NCBI GenBank assembly: GCA_963675515.1
Contig: OY776328.1
Span: 1,260,001 to 1,292,000 of the forward strand
Reading direction: 5' to 3'
Origin: Coprobacillaceae bacterium
GTDB lineage: Bacteria > Bacillota_I > Bacilli_A > Erysipelotrichales > Coprobacillaceae
Length of the DNA: 32,000 nt
A program made the translations under genes and the position numbers. A model generated the notes under the pieces. That model did no database searches and was not told the DNA's origin. It saw only the letters and a program-made list of their open reading frames with translations. This document shows, piece by piece, positions 15,782 to 23,345 of the stretch (within the stretch, counting starts at the first letter, position 1; every line of letters begins with the position of its first letter).

Positions 15782-16561
15782 ATGTGCAAAGTCTTGAAAA
15801 TCTCTCGGGCAACTCTCTACTACAAACCCAAAGGGCGTAAAGTGGATTCGAAGCTTGAAGATGAAGTAATAAAATCATTCAAAAACAGCAAGAAGAATTA
15901 TGGAACACGCAAGATAAAAGATGACTTGGATGATTTAAACATGGTTGCCAGCAGAAGAAAAATTGCTCAAATCATGGACAAATACGGCTTGATTAGTAAA
16001 TACACCATCAAGCAACGACCAAAGCATTATGGCAAAGTAAATAATGACGATATTGAAAATATGATCAATAGAAAATTCCAAGCAGAGCGGCCAATGCAAT
16101 ATTTAACCAGCGACTTGACCTACATCAAGGTGGCTGGAAAATGGAACTATATTTGTCTGATAATTGATTTGTACAATCGTGAAATCGTTGGTAAATCTAG
16201 TGGTCAAAACAAAGACGCCAACTTGGTTATTAAGGCATTAAACGATATAAAAAGTGATCTCAGTGATGTCGAGATATTTCATTCAGACCGAGGATCGGAG
16301 TTCAAAAACGAGATGATTGATGGGATATTGGCATTGCATGGAATCAAGAGATCGTTGAGTGCCAAAGGAAAACCGATTGATAACGCGGTATCAGAATCAA
16401 TGTATAAAATACTCAAAACAGAATTCGCATTCAATCGACAATTCCGCAGTATCGACGAATTGTCATTGGAACTGTATGATTATGTCAACTGGTTCAACAA
16501 CAAAAGGAAGCATGGGAGCCTTAATTACAAAACACCCGTACAATACAGGATGTCCTTATAA
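15782..16561 (+). CDS. IS3-family transposase OrfB (rve/DDE integrase core), expected to be made as an OrfAB fusion by -1 frameshifting
   Basis: The DDE core is LTSDLTY...FHSDRGSEF...AVSESMYKILKTE. It is in the -1 frame relative to OrfA. That frame is open from 15701, immediately before a T TTA AAG heptamer. Confidence 0.85.
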   Translation: MCKVLKISRATLYYKPKGRKVDSKLEDEVIKSFKNSKKNYGTRKIKDDLDDLNMVASRRKIAQIMDKYGLISKYTIKQRPKHYGKVNNDDIENMINRKFQAERPMQYLTSDLTYIKVAGKWNYICLIIDLYNREIVGKSSGQNKDANLVIKALNDIKSDLSDVEIFHSDRGSEFKNEMIDGILALHGIKRSLSAKGKPIDNAVSESMYKILKTEFAFNRQFRSIDELSLELYDYVNWFNNKRKHGSLNYKTPVQYRMSL

Positions 16562-16594
16562 AAATTGTCTAAAAAAGTGTTGACTATCCAATGG

Positions 16595-17172
16595 GTGCTA
16601 CCTCACGTTATTTTGGAGACCCGAAATATTTTACTAGCAAGGATATATTTCTTAGCTTCAATTATACTCATACTTTGGAAAAATTATATGGTATAGACGA
16701 TAATAATATCTTGCATATACATGGAGATGTAGGAGGCAAGGAATTAATTTTAGGTTATCCTGAGGGAAAGTTTAACCCTAAAAAATATTTGTCTGATGTC
16801 ACTATGAAGGGAAGACATTTTAGAGAAATGGATGTTCTTGATTATATCGAATCGATTGATGATTATTATCAAAGAACAGCATTTGATTTATTGCACTCTA
16901 AATTAAAGAATTTCAAAAAATTACCGAAACTAAAAGAATTGGATGACTTTACCGTTTATAACCATATTGACGAAATTATTGTAATCGGCCATTCTTATAG
17001 TATAGACCATCCATATTTTGATTTGTTGAATTCAAAGTTCAAAAACTCTGCATGGACGCTATTTGCGCATACATGTAATGATGAGCAATCAGCTTCTTAT
17101 CTGGTCGGTTTAATTGGTATTTCAAATTATTCAATTGAGAAGATTTATAATATTATAGCAAATAAATTGTAG
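16595..17172 (+). pseudogene. abiH: abiH-like gene, C-terminal fragment
   Basis: ...YFGDPKYFTSKDIFLSFNYTHTLEKLYGIDDNNILHIHGDV... contains the FNYT...HIHG motifs of the central AbiH region. The ATG at 16591 in the ORF track belongs to the IS3 target duplication and is not a real start. Confidence 0.75.
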
Positions 17173-17367
17173 ATCCTTAAACTTTTTGGGTTGACTATTT
17201 GATGTGCTCTATTGACGTTATAGAAAGAAGAAGGTTATATGGTTAGTAAGAATTAATTTACAATTAGAGATAACGTTATTGAAATATACAGAGAAGGATG
17301 GGATAAACTAGCCTTTGCTGAATATCGGGAAGATTATTTTGAAGAATTAACTAATCTCACATGGACG

Positions 17368-18003
17368 ATGACGAATAGGGGGGAATTAAAGTCTGGAAAG
17401 TTAAAATGTTCGCTACATCAATATGTGATGCGGAAATGGTACGGTGCTGAAATAGTCAAGAGTATGTATGAAAACGGGTATATCATAGAACACTTAGATA
17501 ACAAACCGCATAATTGTGTCATATCAAATCTAGAATTTTTGCTAAAGGATTATAATACTGCAAAAGGTCAATCGTTGGACAAGGATATTATTAAGAGTTT
17601 AGATAAATTCGCATTGTCTATGTATAAAGATTTCAAAAAGGGGAATTATGAAATAGCAATTGCATTTAATCAAGATACCAATTTTTTTGATGAGAATAGA
17701 AACGTAATTCGCCCGCTTAAAGCCATACATTTATTATATGGGAGCGACTATTATTTTGTCATTTTGCAAGCTCAACAAATAATACACAATCTAGTAAATA
17801 CAAAGAAATTGCAACTCAACAAGTTGTCTTTTGAAAAAATCATGATTGAAGAAGCTTTTTTTCTTGAACTTTCACCCGAAGAGAAAAACAGAACGGGCAA
17901 TGGCAAAGGCGGAATTATTGTTAGAAATGGTAAAGTTTATTTAATACCAGGGAAGAATTGCCTCATAAATTCTGTTTCGCAAGTTACGAATTGGGATAAA
18001 TAA
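17368..18003 (+). CDS. HNH-like endonuclease-family protein. The upstream in-frame extension to ATG 17239 is broken by a TAA.
   Basis: GYIIEHLDNKPHNCVISNLEFL resembles the H-N-(H/N) core. Coding-like sequence continues upstream in the same frame to 17257. See the finding for 17239-18003. Confidence 0.55.
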   Translation: MTNRGELKSGKLKCSLHQYVMRKWYGAEIVKSMYENGYIIEHLDNKPHNCVISNLEFLLKDYNTAKGQSLDKDIIKSLDKFALSMYKDFKKGNYEIAIAFNQDTNFFDENRNVIRPLKAIHLLYGSDYYFVILQAQQIIHNLVNTKKLQLNKLSFEKIMIEEAFFLELSPEEKNRTGNGKGGIIVRNGKVYLIPGKNCLINSVSQVTNWDK

Positions 18004-18116
18004 TTTCCGAAGTGTAAGATTTTATCATATATACTATTTTTCAGATATAATGCTTTATGATGTTATTAAGCTTAATTTATTATCTTAATTTTTACAATAA
18101 CAATTTTTTATAATTG

Positions 18117-18157
18117 TGGTATCACGGACAATGATACCATTTTGATGTCAAAATGGT
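18117..18157 (+). promoter_or_regulatory. Two overlapping, mutually exclusive 8-bp hairpins
   Basis: TGGTATCA (18117-18124) pairs with TGATACCA (18132-18139). ACCATTTT (18136-18143) pairs with AAAATGGT (18150-18157). The two share ACCA at 18136-18139. A TATAAT box lies at 18109-18114 just upstream. Confidence 0.35.
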
Positions 18158-18749
18158 GAAATATCAGTATAAAATAATGGTAAATAGTGCCTATAATTGG
18201 CTAAAATAAAGGGCTAAAATCGCCTACAACTAATCCCTTAGTGGACGCCATTAGAAAATAACACCGTGAAGCCCTGGATGTATTGCCAAAAGGCAGTGAT
18301 AAAAACCAAAGTTATGAGTATACGTGTTATCGCTATTACCAGAAAGTATTCGAAGCAAAAAACAAACTTGAAACAGCCGCCAGGTCAAAATATGGCAAAA
18401 ATCCAGTCAAATATTTTGAATATGTTCATAAGGGTGAATTTAGATCATTGAAAATGTTAATAGGTTATTGATTAACATTCGGAGTAGCTAAATGGGTTCG
18501 CAACATTTACAAAATGGCGATAAAACAACGTTTAAAACTATCGTGGCAAGATAGTAGGGTTGAAAATTCTAAAATATACAAGTTGCGACTGAGTCAGAGC
18601 AGTTATAGTACTGTCGCAGGCAAATCATAGTATTAGCTGAGATGCACCTGCTTTATAAGTAGGGAAGAGTGCTTCTCTCGTTCAGCAACCAGTTTTTTAA
18701 ATTAATGGTAATATCGAATCATGTTGTAAATAATTTGTGAAAATGGGCA

Positions 18750-18782
18750 TTGACTACTGTTATATACTGTTATATACTGTTT
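18750..18782 (+). promoter_or_regulatory. Promoter with embedded tandem operator-like repeats for the GntR/ABC operon
   Basis: TTGACT (18750-18755), 17 nt of spacer, then TATACT (18773-18778). ACTGTTATAT is repeated at 18756-18765 and 18766-18775, with a partial copy at 18776-18781. The RBS AGGAGG precedes ATG 18796. Confidence 0.6.
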
Positions 18783-18795
18783 GTAGGAGGCCGGT

Positions 18796-19185
18796 ATGAA
18801 GTTAGTTGTTAATAATAACTCTATGATTCCAATATATGAACAAATTGTTACTCAAATTAAGTCCCTAATTATTGAGGGGCAGTTGACAGAAAATCAACCT
18901 TTGCCATCAGTAAGGTCATTATCAAGAGAATTAAAGATTAGTGCATTGACTGTAAAAAAGGCATATGATTTTTTGGAGAGAGAAGACATGATAGTAACTA
19001 TACACGGCAAAGGTAGCTATGTATCTTCTCCAAATGTGAATATATTAGATGAAGAAAGAAAAAGAGAAGTCCAAAAGGGATTAGAAGAAACGGTAAAGAA
19101 AGCATTTGATTATGGGTTGAATAGGCAAGAGATAATTCAATTGTTTCAAATAATTATGGAGGAAAATTATGATAAGGGTGAGTGA
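18796..19185 (+). CDS. GntR-family transcriptional regulator, short YtrA-like type
   Basis: LPSVRSLSRELKISALTVKKAYDFLERE is the GntR winged HTH. At 129 aa it has only a short C-terminal tail. An ABC ATPase gene follows, as in ytrA-type operons. Confidence 0.85.
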   Translation: MKLVVNNNSMIPIYEQIVTQIKSLIIEGQLTENQPLPSVRSLSRELKISALTVKKAYDFLEREDMIVTIHGKGSYVSSPNVNILDEERKREVQKGLEETVKKAFDYGLNRQEIIQLFQIIMEENYDKGE

Positions 19186-20017
19186 ATTGAGAAAAAAGTA
19201 CGAAAAATTTGATTTGGACTGTTCTTTGAATATTCCAAGAGGTTACGTTACAGGCTTGATTGGAGTCAATGGATCTGGTAAAACGACTACTTTTAAAGCA
19301 ATACTGGGACTTATTCAAAAAGATAGTGGAGAAATAACGATACTAGATAAAAACATAGATTTTTTTAATTCAAGTGATAAGCAAGATATTGGGGTAGTGC
19401 TTTCTGACTCGGGCTTTAGTGGATATTTGACAATAACGAATGTATCTGATATTCTCAATAGTTTTTATCGCAATTTTAATAAGGCATTGTTTTATCAACT
19501 CTGTGAGAAATACGATCTGCCTATTAACGTGAAATTAAATGAATTTTCGCTAGGAATGAAAGCAGTTTTCAAAGTCATTGCAGCAGTCAGTCATGATCCA
19601 AAGTTGTTAATCCTTGATGAACCAACTGCTGGTCTAGATGTAATCAACAGAGAGGCGGTGCTGGATCTATTGCGGGAATATATGGAATTTGAAGATAATT
19701 CAATTTTAATAAGCTCTCACAATTCAAAAGATTTAGAGAGCATTTGTGATTTCATTTATATGATAAAAAATGGTAAAATTATTTTCCATGAAAGCACAGA
19801 TTCTTTGCTAAGTGATTATGCTGTAATCAAAATGAAGGATGATCAGATATCCGAATTTGAGCAAGAATATATTATTTTTAAAAAGCGTGAATCCTATGGA
19901 TACAAATACCTAACAAATCAAAAACAATTTTACCTTGAAAATTTTCCTCAAGTTGTAATAGAAAACGGTAACATTGATGATTTACTAATGATAATGAATA
20001 TGGGGGAATCGTTATGA
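19169..20017 (+). CDS. ABC transporter ATP-binding protein
   Basis: Walker A is GVNGSGKTT and Walker B is LLILDEPTAGLD. The signature motif FSLGMKA is degenerate. The gene overlaps the regulator gene stop. Confidence 0.85.
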   Translation: MIRVSELRKKYEKFDLDCSLNIPRGYVTGLIGVNGSGKTTTFKAILGLIQKDSGEITILDKNIDFFNSSDKQDIGVVLSDSGFSGYLTITNVSDILNSFYRNFNKALFYQLCEKYDLPINVKLNEFSLGMKAVFKVIAAVSHDPKLLILDEPTAGLDVINREAVLDLLREYMEFEDNSILISSHNSKDLESICDFIYMIKNGKIIFHESTDSLLSDYAVIKMKDDQISEFEQEYIIFKKRESYGYKYLTNQKQFYLENFPQVVIENGNIDDLLMIMNMGESL

Positions 20018-20091
20018 AGGGCCTACTGGTTAAAGATTTGAAATTATTAATATCAAGTCAACGAACAATAGTTGTGGGTTTGCTATTTCGG
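20014..20091 (+). pseudogene. ABC-2-type permease, N-terminal fragment (MKGLLVKDLKLLISSQRTIVVGLLFR)
   Basis: An ATGA start/stop overlap with the ATPase gene. The frame is cut by an IS3-family insertion at 20092. Confidence 0.65.
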
Positions 20092-20169
20092 TAATTGTCA
20101 AGTATGTTGTCAGTAAAAACGTATATTTTCTTTATGCTATAAAAATTATTTTGATGGCTTTATTGACAT

Positions 20170-21237
20170 CTAATCCTTCTTTTCAGGATTTAAGAATACT
20201 TCTACCGGTAAAGACCAATCCCTCGTATCCCTGCCGTTCCATCGCTCAGGATGGGCTGCTTTGGCTGCTTCGTAAACCCTTTGACGTTTTGCCATAATAG
20301 TAGCTTCTTCGCCGTTATGACGCTGTGCTGGAGTTAGGAACTTTATTCCACTGTGATGATGTTCGTAGCGATACCAGTTCACAAAATCATTACACCATTC
20401 ACGTGCCTCGACTAGGCTACCAAATCCCTTGGGTTGGTAATTTGGCCTGTATTTGAGCGTCTTGAACAGACTTTCCGCATATGGATTATCATTGCTTACT
20501 CTTGGTCGGCTGTTTGAAGGCGTAATACCTAGTTGGTAGAGTGTTGCAAGCATTGTAGCACCCTTCATAGGACTGCCGTTGTCCGAGTGCAATACAAGCG
20601 GATCGGTTGACATCACCCGTTGCGCTAATGTGGTTCTCTTGATAAGCTCACTGGCGTGCTCTGCGGATTCTTCCTCCCATACTTCCCAGCCCACAATGTC
20701 CCGGCTATATAGATCAGTTATCATGTAAAGGTAATAGAAACTGCCCTTGACCGGTCCGTTCAAATATGTGATGTCCCACATCCAAATTTGGTTGGGTGCA
20801 ACTGCCACATGGGTTGATATCTGCCGGGGTTTCGGTTCTTCTGCTCGGCCTCTGTGGTTTTGCATTTTTAGTTCCCTTAAAACCCTGTAAAACGTTGATT
20901 CTGAGGCTATATACTCTCCTTTGTCCGCGAGGGCTGGAACAATTTCACATGGCGGCATGCTGGCATATTCAGACATGTTTACCGTCTCGACAATCTGTTC
21001 TCGTTCCTGATTGGTCAGTTTGTTTGCGGGTTCGGGTCTCTGTGCTGTCGGACGAAGATCTTCGATAGTACCAAGCGTATTTAATTGTTTAACCCAGCGG
21101 TAATAGGTGCGTTCCGTTATTCCAAGTTCTTTACATGCTTTAAGGAGTTTGGCACCGCTTTTTACTGCTTCATCGATTAGTTCAATACCTTTACTGCGAT
21201 CTGAGGCACTAATCATTCGTCCTCGGGATCCCCCCAA
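20170..21237 (-). CDS. IS3-family transposase OrfB (DDE integrase core)
   Basis: The core is WMWDITY...LHSDNGSPMKG...NPYAESLFKTLKY. It is in the -1 frame relative to OrfA and overlaps it by 25 nt. Confidence 0.9.
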   Translation of the reverse strand: MGGSRGRMISASDRSKGIELIDEAVKSGAKLLKACKELGITERTYYRWVKQLNTLGTIEDLRPTAQRPEPANKLTNQEREQIVETVNMSEYASMPPCEIVPALADKGEYIASESTFYRVLRELKMQNHRGRAEEPKPRQISTHVAVAPNQIWMWDITYLNGPVKGSFYYLYMITDLYSRDIVGWEVWEEESAEHASELIKRTTLAQRVMSTDPLVLHSDNGSPMKGATMLATLYQLGITPSNSRPRVSNDNPYAESLFKTLKYRPNYQPKGFGSLVEAREWCNDFVNWYRYEHHHSGIKFLTPAQRHNGEEATIMAKRQRVYEAAKAAHPERWNGRDTRDWSLPVEVFLNPEKKD

Positions 21238-21707
21238 ATCGCATCTGCCTTTTTTCTTAGAACAAGAATAGCGGCAGTTTCAGCAAGAGCCTTTTCCTTT
21301 CTTGCCAGTTCCTTTTCCAAGCGCTTATTTTCCTTTTCAGATTCTTTAAGCTGCTTATTAAGGCGTGACGCTTCTTTGGCAACACCGCCGTTCGCGTTCA
21401 TGCAGGCATCTTTCCAAGCCATGATTTGTTCAACATAGAGACCTTTTTTGCGGGCATAGTCAGCGAGTTCGGTTTCATTCATACTGGCTGTCTCAACCAC
21501 GATTAGGAATTTGTCCTGGGTTGCCCAGTTGTCCGAAACGACATCATTACCAGGAGCTGCAAGCCCCTGTGAGCGAGCTTTGTTCCTCCAGTTGCGAATA
21601 GTTTGTTCCGAGATGCCTTCTTCTTTTGAGATTTTGCTTATAGATTCATTATTTGGTGGAAGCATTCTCCGGATGATTGAATCTTTAAATTCCTTGCTAT
21701 ATTTCAT
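21213..21707 (-). CDS. IS3-family transposase OrfA
   Basis: The start was moved to the ATG giving MKYSKEFKDSIIRRM..., 8 nt after AAGGAG. It has an HTH followed by a coiled-coil (KQLKESEKENKRLEKELARKEKAL). Confidence 0.85.
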   Translation of the reverse strand: MKYSKEFKDSIIRRMLPPNNESISKISKEEGISEQTIRNWRNKARSQGLAAPGNDVVSDNWATQDKFLIVVETASMNETELADYARKKGLYVEQIMAWKDACMNANGGVAKEASRLNKQLKESEKENKRLEKELARKEKALAETAAILVLRKKADAIWGDPEDE

Positions 21708-21787
21708 AGTATCAGCTCCTTCTTTGCGGTATCTATATACTACCACAAATATTTTTATCTTTCACTGACAACTATCCTAACACACAG

Positions 21788-22378
21788 GGATTTGTAGCTA
21801 TGTTTATGTTGTCTTTTGACTTTGACTATATATTTATCGTCGGATGGGTTGCGTATATTGCAATGATGGTTTCTGTAGGAACCATAAATTATGATGAACT
21901 CGATAATTGCAATGCTTTCTTGTTTACTTTACCGTTCAGTAGATCCACCTACGTTGTTGAAAAGTATGTTTTTGTCTTAGTGAGTACAATTGGTTCATGG
22001 CTTATAGCATTATGTGCTGTAATGGGATTTCAATTGTTCTCTAATCAGACTACAGACATTTTCACGTTATTATCATATACTACAACGTTATTACCGGTAG
22101 CATTTTTAATGATATCATTGATTCTACCAATTCAACTTAAATTCGGAATTGAGAAAAGTCGTGTGGCTATGATGATTGTTTTCGGCGCAATATTCGCTGT
22201 CTCGTATTTTGGCGTAGATACGTTTAAAAATAAAGCGGCAGTAAATGAGCTGATTACAAATATAATGACGTTTACTAGTACGAATATTATTCAAGGTGTT
22301 GCTATGCTAGCTGGATTGATTTTGCTTTATGTGTCTTTTGTGGTTAGCAAGAACATTGTAAAGCAAAAAGAGTTTTAA
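21788..22378 (+). pseudogene. ABC-2-type permease, C-terminal fragment
   Basis: Multi-pass hydrophobic protein that continues in frame from 20091 once the IS is removed (...GLLFR|GFVAMFMLSFDFDY...). Confidence 0.65.
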
Positions 22379-22648
22379 TCAATCAAACTATATTTTTTTG
22401 AATGACCAAATAACACAGGAAGCATTTCTTTTGGTTTGCGAAAATAAGTGATGCTAGAATAGAAACTGTACTAGTGAAATGGAAGAATTTCCATCGGTGT
22501 GGAAGAATGTCATAAATGATACGCTAAGAGAATGGAAAAGTTCAGTAAAACAGGAATTTTAGAAGGTGTATCACTTCTACCGAGTATAAAGTTTTCCTGA
22601 GTCATGTGGTCAATAAAAAATAATTTTTAGAAAGAAAGGATAAGATAA

Positions 22649-23345
22649 ATGAAGTCAAGAATGCCGATATATCTATTCTTGAAACCCTTTGTTTTTAAGC
22701 ACAAGGTTACTTTATTAAGAATATTTACTTATTTAATTCTGATATCAATTATGTCTACAATCCCAGTAGATATAATGCGTAAAATAATTGATGAAGGGTT
22801 TGGAAGGAAAGATTTAACGCTAATTGTTCAACTAGTAATGATTATGCTTGGACTCAATATTCTTAAGAGTATTTTCACGATGATTATGAATAATTCTGCA
22901 ATTGTTATTAGTCAATCAGTTATAAAAGATATTAGGAAAAATATTTTTTCCAAATTATTGTATATGCCCTTTTCGTTTTATTCTAGAAAAGAAAGTGTTT
23001 ATGTGAGTTCGAGGATTAATGAGATTAACAATATAAATGACTTGTTTTCGATAAACTTCTTCAATATCCTCGTTAGTTTTTTTACATTTTTTTTCTACGT
23101 GTATTTTTTGGGAATAATAAGCACGAAATTGTTAATTGTTTCGCTAGTTCCAGTTCCAATTCTATTTTTTATTGTTAAGATATATACCGGAAGAGTTAAT
23201 AAGCTGACTAATGAATTACTTGAGGCAGATTCTGTACAGAAAACAAAAGTATCAGAACGAATACGCGGTGTTGAATATATTCAGTCAGTTTCAGCAGAAG
23301 AAGATGAATTTTCTGTGTTGACTGAGGGTGATAATGAAGTTATTA
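22649..23345 (+). pseudogene. Fused ABC exporter (TMD-NBD), N-terminal transmembrane fragment
   Basis: Type-1 exporter membrane domain, interrupted at 23346 by an IS. The apparent stop at 23348-23350 is IS sequence. Confidence 0.8.

Larger units (their letters stand above)
15377..16590 (+). mobile_element. IS3-family element inserted in abiH
   Basis: Ends are TG...CA. Imperfect inverted repeats of about 40 bp are TGGATAGGTTACAATAAATTAGACAAGATTATAAGGACA and the reverse complement of 16551-16590. The flanking direct repeat ATGG occurs at 15373-15376 and 16591-16594. Confidence 0.85.
20092..21784 (-). mobile_element. IS3-family element splitting the permease gene. The ends are good to within a few nt.
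   Basis: OrfA and OrfB lie on the minus strand. The shared subterminal core is GTTGTCAGT(A/G)AAA in inverted orientation (20106-20118 and 21762-21774). Removing 20092-21787 joins the two permease fragments in frame, with flanking triplets CGG (20089-20091) and CAG (21785-21787). G+C is near that of the backbone (28/60 in the line at 20521). Confidence 0.7.

Noticed and set aside
12615-18261. Stop-codon reassignment or programmed read-through as an explanation for the three in-frame stops (TAG 12615, TAA 17254, TAA 18259)
   Set aside because: TAA, TAG and TGA each terminate several well-supported genes in the same region at the expected protein lengths. Examples are TGA at 1568-1570, TAG at 3028-3030, 6805-6807 and 9033-9035, and TAA at 4167-4169 and 18001-18003. 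Ordinary nonsense mutations in a decaying region are the simpler explanation.
18266-18471. Two overlapping 61-62-codon ORFs proposed by the track as genes
   Set aside because: The 18266 frame is low-complexity and has no RBS. The 18283 frame looks like a remnant of a longer gene, since coding-like sequence continues upstream across an in-frame TAA. It is treated as a relic in the findings and not as an intact CDS.
18756-18781. Short tandem ACTGTTATAT repeats considered as a CRISPR or minisatellite
   Set aside because: There are only 2.6 copies of a 10-bp unit with no spacers, sitting exactly within a promoter spacer. An operator is the better explanation. No CRISPR-like array exists anywhere in the window.
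22479-22559. 26-codon ORF (MEEFPSVWKNVINDTLREWKSSVKQEF) upstream of the ABC exporter, considered as a bacteriocin precursor
   Set aside because: It has no RBS and no double-glycine or other leader motif. The exporter also lacks a C39 peptidase domain.
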